Made by a program: the position numbers and the translations under genes. Shown here piece by piece: positions 13,503-27,093 of a stretch of DNA of 64,000 nucleotides. The DNA comes from Eledone cirrhosa. Its lineage: Eukaryota. Position 1 is the stretch's first letter, and the number at the start of each line of letters is the position of its first letter. The notes under the pieces were generated by a model. It searched no databases and had not been told where the DNA came from. It worked only from the letters and a program-made list of their open reading frames with translations. Location: contig OZ024741.1 of NCBI GenBank assembly GCA_964016885.1, forward strand, positions 138,818,001-138,882,000, in the 5' to 3' direction.

Positions 13503-16500
13503 CTATAGTCTGATGTAGAGTGAAGGCCCATTCACACGGGCCATTCTCGCCACTTTCACCCATCTTTCATAGAAACGGCTGGGGTGCAGCACCTCTCTCT
13601 CCATCCTGATCCTTCTTCCGAAATGATATCGGAAGAAACGGACCAGTTGTTGGCCAGAGAGAAAGGTGCCCGACCTCAGTCCTTTCAGACGCGTCCACCA
13701 TACAACCTCTTTCGCCATGGCTATTACGCACAGAAACACCGCCTCTGCTTCATCTTTGAAGGGGGGAGGCGGCTTGATCATTACAATAGACTCGGTGGTC
13801 AACCGGATCGGTCCCACCCTTGACAGCAGTTGTTCGACATAGCCCCACAGATCGGCTACGCCCGAGCAGTGTACTAATGCGTGTGCAACGGTTTCCTCGT
13901 CGCACACGCATCTGGGACAGATCTTTTTGGCGGGGTCCCTACCCGGGCGCCCGTGTCTGTAGAGCCTTTCTCGAACGGGTAAAGCCCCTCGGTAGCACTG
14001 CCAGGCCAGGGACTTCTGGAAGTTGTCCATAGGTCCCGGGCTGAATGTCCTACCGAACAGGCTGGCCAGTTCGTCCTCCTCCATGTCTAGGGCTTCTCCG
14101 AGGGCGTCGTCGCACCTGCTGCGTACCAGCCCTCTATAGAATGTTGCGGTGGAGTCTCCACTGATAACCGGATCCGCCTGCCAGAGGGCGGTGAGCGCCT
14201 GGGCACACTCAGTGTGCCAGGCGCCCAGTTTTCTCGGTCTTTGCTTGACCCAGGATTGCAGCTCGGTGAGTGAGACGAGTCTGGGAAAGGTTCGTCTCAC
14301 AAACGAGGCCCACACCGGTTGTCCGGTGAGGAATACGTAGAGGTGCCGTAGCCTTAATGCGTGTTTACGCATCATTAGCCACGGCATCCCCAGCCCTCCT
14401 TTCGAAGGGTGTTGACAGCAGATGGATCTCCTCACCATAGGAGCCCGCCTCTTCCAAAGGAATTGGAAGAGCGCGCGCTCCATCTTGGTGAGGGTTTCCC
14501 TTGGGCAGGGCACTACGGTCAGGCGGTAGTAGATGACGGACGCTATGTAGGTGTTCGCCACCTCCGCCCGGCCTTTCAGGGATAGTTTGCAACTGGCCCA
14601 CTTCTGGGTCAGTGCAAACACCCTGTTCGTAACCTCCGCCCAGTTTTTCTCCACCTGGAGGTCCGGTCCGAACCAGACCCCGAGCAACTTCACCGGGCCC
14701 TCCGTCCAGCGTCCGACGACGCTATCGGAGGGCATCGGTCTGCCCCTCCACGTGCCGAGTTGCAAACCGATCGACTTGTCCCGGTTCAGCTTAGCCCCTG
14801 TGAACTTTTCGTACTCCTCCAGTAAGGTGCCGACCGCCTCGATTTCGGAGGCCGTCGACACCATTACTGTCACGTCATCGGCGTAGGCCGACACCGCTTT
14901 CCGCAATCCCGGTTCCAAAGGGATGCCCTGCAACAACTCCAACTTCCGCAGTAGTGGCTCGAGAGTCAACACATACAGAAGGGAGGAGAGAGGGCACCCT
15001 TGTCGGATGGACCGCGCGATTTTGAACGGCTCCGAGAGGTAGCCGTTCACCTTGACCCTAGAGCAGATGCGGCTGCTGTGCATAGCAGTGATCCAGCCCC
15101 TGAAAACGGGTCCGAAGCCTGCCGCCGCTAGCACCGCATCCAGGTAACCATGGTCGACCCTATCGAACGCCTTAGATTGATCCAAGTTGATCAGAGCCCC
15201 ACCAAAGCCGGGTTCGTTCCCAACCCTCTCTATGATGTATCGCATGAGGTGGAGGTTGTCATGGATGGACCTGGACGGGATAGCGCATGTCTGCGCATCT
15301 CCCACCAGGTTGCCCACGACAAGCGCCAACCTCTTTGCTAGCACCTTGGCCAAAATCTGTAACTCTGTATTTAGCAGTGTTATGGGCCTGAAGTTACTTA
15401 TTTCGTCCCCCTTGTTCTCGTCCTTCCTCACTAGCGTGACTACGCCCTTGGTCACAGTACAGGGAATTCTCCCGTTCTGTTGCCAGTTGCAGTAGACCGC
15501 CTCGAGGAGATCGGGGAACAAGTCCGGCATAGCTAGATATAATTCGTAAGGAAGACCATCGAGACCCGGGGATTTGCGTTTGCCGCATTGGCTCAGCACG
15601 TCCTCTATCTCAGCGGCCGAAATCGGCTCTTCGCAGGACTTCGCCTCCCTGTCCGAGAGGCGCGGCAGGCCGTCGAGGTATGGACCGAAGTCCACGTTCC
15701 CAACCGGCTCCCCGCCCCTCCCGAACAGTCGGGCAAAGTGCCTTTGAAAGGCCTCACACATCTGCTTAGGCTCAAGAATCGCCCGTCCATCCAGGTCTCG
15801 CAAAGACCGGATGGTGGATTTAGTTCCACTGTTGGCCTCTGTCACGCGGGCCCAGCTAACAGCTTTGGTCCCCTCGTTCCCTAGAGCACGTATTTTACTT
15901 CGGACAACGCAGCCTTCGTGCTTCGCGTCGAAAAACTGGCTCAAAGCCGTTCTCGACGCTAGCACTCTGGCCACGTCGCCGCTTCTAATTGCCTCTTCTA
16001 CTCTATCTATTAGCTCCCTTTCCTTCCTATTCCTATCCGCAGCTAGAACCTTACTAAATTCTATCGAGACTACTCTAATCTCTCTCTTTAGAGATACCCA
16101 CCACCTGCTGTTGACGATCGCTCCAGTCAACCGTTCCTTAACTAACGTACTAATCCGATTCCTGTAGGCTCTACTTGCCGGCAAGGACAAGTTGAGCTTC
16201 CAGTAACCGGGGCCCTGTCTATGAGTTCTGTCAAGGTTGACCATGCAGGTCACTAATTTGTGGTCTGAATAGCCAACAATGCGCATTTTTGGACAACTTA
16301 AAAAGTCCTTATCCTTAATTCTAACTAAGAACCTATCTAGGTACGACCTAGATGATCCGCTACGATTTGCCCAAGTCCAGGTTGGCGCAGTCGGAAAATC
16401 TAGTCGATATCTATCGGCCAGGTCAAATCGACCGATTAACCCTTTGAGGCTATTACACCCCTCTCTATCGGGGCAGGCCCCTACGTAGTCCCAGCGTGCA

Positions 16501-16940
16501 TCTAGGATACCATTCCAGTCCCCCACTAATAGCAAGGAGCGGGACGTCCCTAGAAAAGTCTCCAGACGATGGAAGAAGTCCGGCCGCATTGACCCGAAAG
16601 GGCCGTAGGCGGCTACCAACCTAAACGCTCCGCCTTTACCACTGCCAAGGTCCAGAACCACTAGTCGACCCTCCGGGTCCAAATGTACCATCTGTGTTGC
16701 GAGACCCAGATGTTTTTGCAGCAGAACGACAACTCCACCCCCACCTCCGGGCTGACAGAGAGATGCGTGCATCTCAAAGTCATCAAAGGTGGGGGCCAGC
16801 TGTCGCACGTTGCTGATCCGGGCCTCGCAAATAACCATCACATCTATACGTTGTGACCTGAGGTCATTTAGAAGCATTGCTTGCTTCCAAGTTGAGCCCA
16901 GGCCACGCGCATTTAAACAGCCTACTCTTAGCATAGCCAT
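13503..16940 (-). CDS. Tx1/L1 ORF2p: APE endonuclease, reverse transcriptase and C-terminal CCHC finger
   Basis: APE motifs LNARG, GDWN, YLDRF, SDH. RT motifs SPGLDG, FRPITLLN, DQSKAFDRV, RQGCPLS, YADD. C-terminal CPRC-x8-HALVHC. Likely start is the ATG at 16940 in CCAACATGG context (the track starts at an upstream GTG). Confidence 0.95.
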   Translation of the reverse strand: MAMLRVGCLNARGLGSTWKQAMLLNDLRSQRIDVMVICEARISNVRQLAPTFDDFEMHASLCQPGGGGGVVVLLQKHLGLATQMVHLDPEGRLVVLDLGSGKGGAFRLVAAYGPFGSMRPDFFHRLETFLGTSRSLLLVGDWNGILDARWDYVGACPDREGCNSLKGLIGRFDLADRYRLDFPTAPTWTWANRSGSSRSYLDRFLVRIKDKDFLSCPKMRIVGYSDHKLVTCMVNLDRTHRQGPGYWKLNLSLPASRAYRNRISTLVKERLTGAIVNSRWWVSLKREIRVVSIEFSKVLAADRNRKERELIDRVEEAIRSGDVARVLASRTALSQFFDAKHEGCVVRSKIRALGNEGTKAVSWARVTEANSGTKSTIRSLRDLDGRAILEPKQMCEAFQRHFARLFGRGGEPVGNVDFGPYLDGLPRLSDREAKSCEEPISAAEIEDVLSQCGKRKSPGLDGLPYELYLAMPDLFPDLLEAVYCNWQQNGRIPCTVTKGVVTLVRKDENKGDEISNFRPITLLNTELQILAKVLAKRLALVVGNLVGDAQTCAIPSRSIHDNLHLMRYIIERVGNEPGFGGALINLDQSKAFDRVDHGYLDAVLAAAGFGPVFRGWITAMHSSRICSRVKVNGYLSEPFKIARSIRQGCPLSSLLYVLTLEPLLRKLELLQGIPLEPGLRKAVSAYADDVTVMVSTASEIEAVGTLLEEYEKFTGAKLNRDKSIGLQLGTWRGRPMPSDSVVGRWTEGPVKLLGVWFGPDLQVEKNWAEVTNRVFALTQKWASCKLSLKGRAEVANTYIASVIYYRLTVVPCPRETLTKMERALFQFLWKRRAPMVRRSICCQHPSKGGLGMPWLMMRKHALRLRHLYVFLTGQPVWASFVRRTFPRLVSLTELQSWVKQRPRKLGAWHTECAQALTALWQADPVISGDSTATFYRGLVRSRCDDALGEALDMEEDELASLFGRTFSPGPMDNFQKSLAWQCYRGALPVRERLYRHGRPGRDPAKKICPRCVCDEETVAHALVHCSGVADLWGYVEQLLSRVGPIRLTTESIVMIKPPPPFKDEAEAVFLCVIAMAKEVVWWTRLKGLRSGTFLSGQQLVRFFRYHFGRRIRMEREVLHPSRFYERWVKVARMARVNGPSLYIRL

Positions 16941-16964
16941 GTTGGTGGTGAAGAGAAAAGGCAC

Positions 16965-18743
16965 TTACCTCTCTGCGTCCCGGGTATCGGGCTGCACAAT
17001 TTCCATTAGGGTGGGGGATGGGTTGTTGGGTGGGGTGGTGGTTTGTGGAAGTGTGGGGGCATCAGTGTGTTGTGTGGTTGGGGAGCTTGGAGTTGTGAGG
17101 GTGTTTGGGGAGGGGGTGGGATAGTTTTTTAGGAGGACGCGGTTAATGGGCCCGACGCAGGGGGGACCCACGTCCTCTTTAAAATTGTTTTTTAAAGTTT
17201 TATAGGTGTCCTGTGGGGCCTTAATCATTTTGAGGTGGGGGAAATCCCCTGCCTGGGTGAAGTTAGGCCCTTGTGTTTTTATTAGATTGTTGTTGTACAC
17301 AATGTTTAACAGTTTTTTGTTTCTTGTATTTATGTATGTGTATGCATGTTTTTGTTTTTGTGTGGTGTTTTTTGTTTGCTGTTGTGAGCTCTTTTGTGTT
17401 GGTGTCAGTGTTATGTTTTGGGGAGGGTTTTTTTTCATTTGTGTGTCTGAGGTGTGTTTTCTTTTTTTTCTTTTGATTGTGTGGAAGTGCTCCTCCTCGT
17501 CTGACGACGAACTAGGGTCATCTTCCGCGTTGGAGGGGAGGGGTATATTTTCGGGTTGTGTTTGCGGTACGGGTGTTTTGGAAATTGTTTTTGTTTTTTG
17601 AGTGGAGGGGATGGGTTGGACATTGTTTTGTTTTGGTTTGAGCTGTGGTGGTTGTTTTTGTAGTGGTAGTTGTGGTGATTGTGTTGGTTGTGCAGCTGTT
17701 GGTGGTGTAGGCAGGATTGGGGTTTTCTTATTAAGTTGGGGACAGACAGCCCTCAGGTGACCTCTGGTTCCGCAGAGGTAACACGAGGGCCGTCTACCCT
17801 CAACGGTAATGTTGATGAAGGTTAGATCATCCAGTATGACGCGTTCAGGGATCTGGGCGATCCTTTCGGGCCTCATTTGAACTACAAGTTCGAGGCTCGT
17901 TCCACTGAACGCGTCACCCGATGCCTTTCCCATGGACACCAGCATGTCATCCTCCAGGTCCAGAAAACCTGTCAAAACCCACCATATGTCCATAATCGGC
18001 AGGATGGTGTGGATTTTTATTTTTTGTGTTCTTCTACCCATGTACGTAGGGTAGAAGGTGTATGCGGTGGATGTGATTGGTTTGATGGACAGTTTCACTG
18101 CTGTGTTCCTGTCCTTCATGAGAATGGATAGACTCCCGTAGAGTCTATCCTTCTGAATGAAGGTGATGTCCTTCATGACGTCTTTTAAAACCAGCTCTAT
18201 CTCGCTCTGTGATGGTTGAGCTGGTTTTTTACTTTTGTTCGAGATTGTCCTAAACATGACCGTGTTTAGGAGTCTCTGGCTTTTTAGTTCCGGGGGGGAA
18301 TGGATTGTGAATGAACCATTTTCCCCGTACACTATATATTTTTTCGCATCCGCCAGTAGCTCCTTCGCTTTTGTTATATCTACTGGCAGATAGTCGAGGG
18401 TTTTCCTTGTCGTCTCGGCGAAGGAGAAATTTTGTTTGTTTGTGTTGTTGTTGTCGTTGGTGGTGTTGTTGTTATCATTGTTGTTGTTGTCACCGTTATT
18501 GGTCTTGTTGTTGTTATTGTTATTGGTGTTGTTTTCGTCCGTCGCATTGTTGTTGTTGCTGTTGCCGCTGGTTCTTTGAGTTGTTGCCATGGCAACGTCA
18601 AGTTGTCGGTTAACAGGTGGAGAGAATTCTTCCTCTGGCTGACCTTTCTTCTTGACCTCTGCTACTGTGACAGTGGCAGGGGGAAGCTGTAAGTTCATCT
18701 TCCCCTTTCCTCCTTCGAATTTTGGTGAAGAAGCTTCGGCCAT
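16965..18743 (-). CDS. Tx1/L1 ORF1p (gag-like nucleic-acid-binding protein), 592 aa
   Basis: Open ORF directly upstream of ORF2. Contains a CCHC knuckle [14 protein letters not shown] after VEGRRP, an N-terminal Asn-rich tract and a Pro/Gln/Thr-rich C-terminus. Confidence 0.9.
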   Translation of the reverse strand: MAEASSPKFEGGKGKMNLQLPPATVTVAEVKKKGQPEEEFSPPVNRQLDVAMATTQRTSGNSNNNNATDENNTNNNNNNKTNNGDNNNNDNNNTTNDNNNTNKQNFSFAETTRKTLDYLPVDITKAKELLADAKKYIVYGENGSFTIHSPPELKSQRLLNTVMFRTISNKSKKPAQPSQSEIELVLKDVMKDITFIQKDRLYGSLSILMKDRNTAVKLSIKPITSTAYTFYPTYMGRRTQKIKIHTILPIMDIWWVLTGFLDLEDDMLVSMGKASGDAFSGTSLELVVQMRPERIAQIPERVILDDLTFINITVEGRRPSCYLCGTRGHLRAVCPQLNKKTPILPTPPTAAQPTQSPQLPLQKQPPQLKPKQNNVQPIPSTQKTKTISKTPVPQTQPENIPLPSNAEDDPSSSSDEEEHFHTIKRKKRKHTSDTQMKKNPPQNITLTPTQKSSQQQTKNTTQKQKHAYTYINTRNKKLLNIVYNNNLIKTQGPNFTQAGDFPHLKMIKAPQDTYKTLKNNFKEDVGPPCVGPINRVLLKNYPTPSPNTLTTPSSPTTQHTDAPTLPQTTTPPNNPSPTLMEIVQPDTRDAER

Positions 18744-18964
18744 TTAAAAAAATATTGACTTTTCAACAAGAAAAAACTTTTTTTTTGTTTAACTATTTCG
18801 CCTAAAGGCGTAGAATATTTTGAGAGACTGACCAGATCAAAGTTTGACCTGGCAGTCCCTCTACAAAATGGTACAAAAATTAAAGTTATCAGACAAGAAT
18901 TTCTATAGAAATTTAAACAGAACTTACTCAGCAAGTTATACGCGTGTGTCCATCCCAGAGATAT

Positions 18965-18997
<33 letters not shown>

Positions 18998-19000
18998 TAT

Positions 19001-19113
<113 letters not shown>

Positions 19114-19916
19114 TATATATATATATATAAGGAAGGCGTGTGGCGGAGTGGTTAGAGAATTGGATTCGCAATCGTAAAATTGTGAGTTCGAATCCTGGAC
19201 CAGGCGATGCGTTATGTCCTTGAGCAAGACACTTTATTTCACGTTGCTCCTTCTACCTGGAGTTGTGACCGATAGATAGTATTAGCAATTGGAAGGACCA
19301 ACGGAAACATTGTTCCCTCGGTCCAATTTGACGAACGTCGATCGTTCCTTTTATATATATATATGGTTCGGTGATAACCGTTATAGAACAGTATAGTTAT
19401 ATATATATATGTTTGTGTATTTGTGTGTGTTAGAGAGAAGAAATATTTGTGAATATATTTTAGATAAAAACAAATTTCAGAAAAGTGAAGAAAAAAGAAG
19501 TACTTTAAATAATGATAAATTTTCCATCGTTCTATGATTTATGACTTCAGAATGATCATTCATGACCTTTATGCGCCTGCTATAATACTATTATTATGAA
19601 TGATGTAAGGATCATAATAAGAAAGTTGCCATAAATGGGTTATCACCTGGTTTCTATAGTAACAAGTAAACTCATGAAATATTTTCTGACTAAAGTGTCA
19701 AATACAAATTCCCCACGCTCTTTCCTTTTTGCTTGGTTATATTGAAATTGTGATATGATTGGCACCTAGTGATAATGAAAGTTTTCATACAGAAATGGTA
19801 AAACCATTTTTTAATCTCCCCCTCACCAATCATAAAGATTAGCAACATTACACATATACAAATAAATTTATTATTCCTATATATTATTAATTCTTTCTCC
19901 CCCCCCTCTCTCTCTC

Positions 19917-20043
<127 letters not shown>

Positions 20044-22074
20044 TTATATATTTATTTATATATTTATATATAAAAATATATATATATATATATATATGTA
20101 TATATTCCAAAAGAAACGTGTTTCTAATCCATTCTAGTGTTACACGGTGGTATAAAGTCTGCAGCCTGGCAATACGCACTCCAGCAAAAGTTACCAAATA
20201 TTTTACAGGAATAGTTATGAATATTAAAATCTCTAGCTATATACAATTAAAAAATATATTAAATAAGAAATGCATATTCAGCCGATATATTTTATTAAAT
20301 GGGTAAAAAAAATCATATGTGAAAAATAAATCTTGGATTTGAAACACCGGAAATTGAAATTGTAAGATTAATGGCGGAAATATATAAATAAAATAACAAC
20401 ATAACCAATATTACACATCTTGTTTATTAAAATCATATTTTTCTTCTAACGTAAGTATGGCTGAGTATTTACGAAGTGAGATTCACAAACATAAGTTACT
20501 TGGATCGTGGACCGGTATTGTCGGATACGTTTGTTCGTCGGTTGAAATGGAATGCATTATTTCGTTATAGTTTCAATCTAGTTTCAATCCCTCCGAGATC
20601 AGCATTCCATTATTCTAAAATATAGCATCGTTAAATTACCGAAGTCGATTTAATTGACTTATCCGTTCTATCAATTTGTTTAATTTTCTGTCTAAATTAG
20701 CAGCCATTAATGTAAGCATTCCGGTCGCTATTATCACTAATATAGAACTACATTTTCTAATATAGTTTTAAAATGGTATTGATTAAGTTGAGTGAGAGAA
20801 AGTGATATTATGTTCTGCATCTTCTTGTATATCTGATAATCGTTTCTCTGATTAGGTGTTTATTTTTGTTCTTCTATATGATACTCTTAACGCTAATCTA
20901 GCAAATTATTCTATATAATACATAATCTGTGCATAAACTGAGCAAACAAACATATAGCATTCATACAAAAGAGATTCATACCACGGCTCCGGTTTCATTT
21001 CGAATTTCAGACCACAACCTTAGAGAAAAGTTAACTTATATACACAAGGACTCGTGTGACGCACTTACGGTCTTTAAAACGCCGGTCATAACATCAGCAT
21101 TGGGATTTCTAATCATTATCTAAACAAGGCCATCTTCGATAGAGAGGCACCTTACTATAACACCGCGTTAGCCAAGAGTGGCTTCTACGATAACATTTCT
21201 TACCCCCCCCCCCCCTAATCACACTACCAGTAGAAATATAAATATAATAATAATAAATTGGGTCTGCTCACCCTTCTCACTGGCAGTTAGAACTAATGTA
21301 AGTGAAAAATTCTTGGCACGCCATGACAATCACTTCTCTATAGGATATAAATACAGATCTATCTTTAGTAGACACAAGATGAAACACGGATATTCCTGTG
21401 CTAAAAATATTAAAGCTCTCATCAACACTAGCCACCAACAGCTCTCACCCATACTGATGGCCTTGCAGAACGCCAGAATCATGCCATCTTCAACAACAGT
21501 CTAACACACCCATAGTCGTCTATGAGGCTGGTGTTACATCCACTCGGCTGAATTAAGACCAGGAAGTAAAAAAAAATATGTAGGTATGTTAGGCGCTGTT
21601 TAAAGAACGCTTCCTTAACCATCGAACGACCTTTCGACACACTAATAAGTGATCGTCCACGAACCTCGCAAGCCAAGTATGGTCATTCAATGATGCAGAC
21701 GTGAATTTCTCCATTCTATGAAAAGTTCTAATCAAATCGAGGTCATACGGAAAAGGAGAAGTGTCCTGTAAATTGTGTATTGATTAAAGAGTAAATATAG
21801 GTTACGTAACAGTACTTGCCTTAACACCTGGTGCATTTTTTATTACTCGCTGTCCCCACGCTGCGAAGGTTTTGTTACATAACTGGAAGTACCCAGGATA
21901 ACCAGAAGTGTGACCGAACTGAACTAACACAAACGAAGGTTACAATAGTTTTTCTTCTGTTGTCTCCATTGTCATCAAACCAACAAAGTCTGCTGTGCAG
22001 GATCCAGTCAGCTTATATAGAGTCACCGTACTATATACCGGTTGAATATACTTCCGGTGAAATACGTGTCCCCA

Positions 22075-22120
<46 letters not shown>

Positions 22121-25100
22121 AAAGAAAACTTTTTTCGCTCTACATGGCTGAATACAATAAATTTAATCTGAGTTTTTCGAATATTAATAACATTCGATTC
22201 GTTTGCAATTATGCAAACAAGCCTCAATTTTATAGCCATGTCAGTTGAATGAACCCTTCATTCTTGCATATATATAAAATAATTTTCAGAAATGATGTTG
22301 AACTACTTTAAATTCTAACATTTAGTGATTTGAATTTCGTTAAAAAATGATCATATATAGTAGTCTGAAATCAGAAATCCCATTAATTACGAACCCCAAA
22401 TTACTTGGTTAGCTCGGAATCAGATTATATCATTATATAGTTTATCTCCAAACTCTTGATAAAACAAGCTATATGTGCTGACATATGTTAAGTAACATAG
22501 TGTTAAAACTGATTAATAAGTCACGTTAATGTTATGTTGGAAATCTGAAATTAGAGCTTGTCTAAATTTACAGGTAGAATTTCATTAAGTGATTAACAGA
22601 TGCAATTTACAGTTTGAAGAGATTTGCACACATGCAAAATCATATAATATTTATTTCTTTTACATTACCTTCTTAATCCATGTTTAAATTTGTAAAGATT
22701 AGAATGTGTTGGCATCTCTTTTGGGAAATATGCTAACAATTTCTGTTAAGTATACTTAGAGATTTAGGAATTAGTTATTGAAAGAAGGAATCAAAACATT
22801 TTCAAACAATAGATTTATTATAGAATTAATGGTAGCCAATATTAAGTAATATACTTTAATTATTTTGCAGTTGTATTTAAAGCGGCGCTTTGGAAGATTC
22901 TCTAGAACTTGGGATAGAATGATTAACGTTACCCGTTCCAACTTTCTGTACACTTAGCTCAAATTTCTTGGAGGATAATTTTCCTCTTTTTTCTAGTAGA
23001 AACATTCAAGAGAAGAAACTAATATAATATTAGCAGCTAGATGATAACATTTGAAAATGAATACTAGACACGTAAGGATAGAGTAAACATCTTCGACAGA
23101 ATCATGGGCTCTAGCGATTCAGTCAAACTTACAAAAACCCATCGGAATATAATTACTATATAATCAGAAAGAAAAACTGAAAAGTGAAATAAGGAACCTA
23201 CACGGTAGTATATATTCAGAAGCTGCCCTGAAACTAGCCACTGATTTCAATGTACAGCAGCTTGAATGAGGCAGAAAGGCAGTAAGTTCCTATAAAAACA
23301 TAGGCAAAAAAATTCCATTCGAACATAATTATGAAGTTGACAAATTCCTAATTTATCATATTAATAAGATTTTACCCACCCACACTCCATTATCAAATCT
23401 AGAGAACAGTGTATGTCTACGAACTGAATTATCTTCAATGAGCACTCCGACTAGTAAGAACCGTAAGAACTGTATTACTAGATTAAAACTTAAACGACTC
23501 AACACCTATAACATAAAAAAATAACCATCATATAACAGTGATCGTGACATCAGCATAAGAAATATTAACCGACCACCACACTAAAACCATTGCCTAAGGA
23601 ATGTATAATCGGGTATATTAATCCATATTAATTTAATTGTATCTACCCAGAAGCTGAAAGATAGGGTTGTCGTGGTGGAATGTGAATGTTGCTTATATGT
23701 GGAGGACATTGCAGTATGTTACAATACTTGAAGAAGTAGTCATTACAATAAACATTTAGCAGAACATTGCTGCACTCACACCAAGAATCTAAATAGTTCA
23801 CTTGATAACAGCTTAAAGGCATGACGATTAGATTATTTCATATTTAAATAAATTGTCTACGATTTTCAACTGCTCACATTTTCGGTGATTGGTTCATGAT
23901 GTATATCCACTCTTGTATACTTGTTAAAATGTTAAAAACTTGTTTACGTACCACAAGTGAGTAATTGAAAATCACACAAGATAAATATAATGTAGAGAGA
24001 GTGACACTAAATGCATTCGAAAACCTGGCAATTGCCAACTTAGATTAACACATACTAATCTGTTAGTAGAGTATATTTAATAGTCTATGGAAATATACAA
24101 TATGCATACTTTTGGAAAAGTTATTATCGTATTGAAGATAAATATATTGAAACGTGACAGAATTTTTTATTTTTTTTATTTTATGAAATATGCACATGGC
24201 TTTAATGGGTATAGAGTAGACCGTATGAGAGGCGTGAACCATCAGATCTATTCTCTAGATAAATATATTTTATGTTTGTTGAATTATTTCTCGGGTATAG
24301 TGTCTTTCTCCTACGTGACAGTTTCCAATTAATGACATTTCTGGAACACTTGCCAAATAACGAATTCTATGTATTGGTGAGGTATGTTTACAATATATAC
24401 AGCTTTGCTTTCACATATTATCTGTCTAGAAATAAAATGAATTGTTATATTTAAAACTATGATATATGATTTAAATTCATCATACACATTATAGCAAGTT
24501 ATAATGGGAAACGTATCATGCTAAGTTCGTTTATGTTTAAGACTCTTGTTAATCGGCAATATTTATTACGCAAGGTTTATTCAGTGAATTTATGATTGTT
24601 CCTATTTTCAACTTATATTGTTTTATGAAACATTATTGCATGGTTGAAGTTCATTTGGCTGCTATATCTAGATGTTTGAGCTACCACGTTGACGGTATAA
24701 AGATTGCATGTATCTGTTTCAGATGTTGTTAGAATTCCTGTACGTTTAACCCAATAACGAAAGGATATACGAATTTCTCCCTCAGATTGGCATTCCTTTA
24801 GCAGAATCATCATTTGCGAATGAGGCAAATTTCTGGTGGTATTTGTTGAAATAATGATGAGGTCAAATTTATCTGTTATCATTCCGTTGGTCGATAAAAT
24901 ATAGTAGAAGTTACGTACTGGCGAAGGGGGGGGGGGGTGTCATCGACTTCCTTTACCTTTAAATTTGTAGGCCTTTTGCCTAAAATGTATAACTGATCAA
25001 TTACAATTGATATCAACATATTTGTATTACCTATTAATTCCAACTGAATGACGCTGAATGACACATGTATTATTGAAAAGGAAGATATGGTTATTTTAGA

Positions 25101-26426
25101 AGCAAGTTTCTTTCTGTCACAGCTAAAAGAATAACACATTTAATGTTATTTCAGCAACTATAACAATATAATTTAATGAAAATCACGCTAGATTTCTAAT
25201 TATTTGCGCTAATTGTATTTCAACATTGAACCAACTGACAAATATTATTAATAAAATGTTATATTTCCAAAAATAACAATTTATTTATTGCTAAAAATTA
25301 TTAAAACCCGTAGATATTTCGAAATGCTATTACGGAATTCGCCATGGAGATTACATAATCTTATCATTTCTGTTTTCGTGTAGCTATCAAATAAAAAGAA
25401 CCTGAAAATAAATGGAAATATTTTGACGAAATGAAAGAAGCTCTTAAGGAGGGAAAATATGCCAATAAAATATTCATTGACAGGAAAATGAAAGAAAATA
25501 CATTTCAAATATAACAAATGCGTAGTAAAACTAAATAACTCGTGTTTATATTTCGAAGAGATATTGATCTTTTGTACTGGAAAATAGCCATATATTTGGA
25601 GAAGACGGTGTAGATGATTGAAACGGTATCGGTGAAAAGTGGGCATTCAATTTAATGATTATTTTAAGGATAAATAGCAAAACCGGTACTGCTAATATTT
25701 GAAATCATGACATATATATTGAAAATTAAATATGGTAAAATAATCCATTAATTTCCCTATATTGAAGACACCTTGCCAGATATTCTATAAAAATTTCTGT
25801 ACAAAGTCCAAATCAAATCAAACCAACTCCAGTAACTTCAGTATTTGGATGGTGTATTATTTAATCGATCGGCATGGAAAGATAAAAAGCAGCACTGACC
25901 TCGGGGAAATTTGAAATAAGAATGTAAAGAGCCGCAAAATAATACCACAACGTCATTTTATTCGGCACTCTACCAATTCTGCCAAATAACTCCTTCCTTA
26001 TCATAAAATAGATCCACGTTTGCGAAAACTTGCGTTTCTATATTTCATATTAATCGTCTAAATGTAAATAAAACACAAAAGGATATATTTTAAAGACTAA
26101 ATTTTCTTGTCGGGAAAAATCTATAGACAATTTAAGCAATAGTTGACAAAGTGACTCGCTAATCAAGGTCACAGAATTAAATTTCAAACCAAGCCCTTTT
26201 ATTAATAGTTAATTCAACAACTTCCATCACATTTTTATCTGCGCATCTACAGGGGAATGGCATGAATATGTAATTAGTAGTGATTATCCGTACAATTTTC
26301 CGGCGTATGAATGCACTGATGGACATATTCGTCCACACACAAAAACACACATACAAACTTACAGACATGCAGACAAAATCTAAAAATACGTGGTTAATAA
26401 AAAATAAATAAATATATATATATGTA

Positions 26427-26488
<62 letters not shown>

Positions 26489-26717
26489 ACATTCATTTAA
26501 ATTATTGACGTATTGTTTTATTGATATTTTTTATCTGTTTGTCCCGAATCTTCCTCTATCGATTTTAAATCGTATGGTTGATTGTAGACTTGTTCTATAT
26601 GTGACGGTATTTTAACGATAGTTATAGCTCTGATTCATCTGAATTATTGAGCCCTCTGCCGCTCATGTCGAATCTCGTTTATCGTGAACTCGTGCGCCGA
26701 TTTTTCGATACTCGATC

Positions 26718-26788
<71 letters not shown>

Positions 26789-26874
26789 TACATATATATA
26801 TTAATTAGACAAAATCTATATATTTGCTAGCATAAGTATGCATCTGTATATATATGTTAGTAGATATACAAATT

Positions 26875-26914
<40 letters not shown>

Positions 26915-26983
26915 AAAAATAGTTGAAATCGAAAATGCAACTGGAGTCTTATTTAAAAAAAATATATATATATTTATTTGGTT

Positions 26984-27021
26984 CCTTTACCGGTTTCGCA
27001 GTTCTTCTGCTTTTCAAAAGG
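26984..27021 (-). ncRNA. Minimal type I hammerhead, U3-A8 variant (mirror copy)
   Basis: Reverse complement of 27094-27131. Confidence 0.8.
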
Positions 27022-27093
27022 TGAGTTGAGATGGAGGGTCTGTGGTTTTTCTCACAGATGTGAGAAAAACCACAGACGCTCCATCTCAACTCA

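Larger units (their letters stand above)
13241..18960 (-). mobile_element. Full-length, apparently intact Tx1/L1-clade non-LTR retrotransposon (family A, copy 1)
   Basis: ~215-nt 5'UTR, then ORF1, ORF2 and a 3'UTR ending ...GTGGCAAATAAAAGAAAT. Flanked on both sides by (TA)n tracts. GC-rich against the AT-rich background. Confidence 0.95.

Noticed and set aside
19130-19210. tRNA gene
   Set aside because: The tRNA-like A/B boxes continue into a CORE-like SINE body; no full cloverleaf. The same applies to the other SINE heads.
25398-25513. Exon with a trihelix/Myb-like WKYFDEM motif
   Set aside because: An in-frame TAA lies just upstream, the match is short and there is no supporting context.
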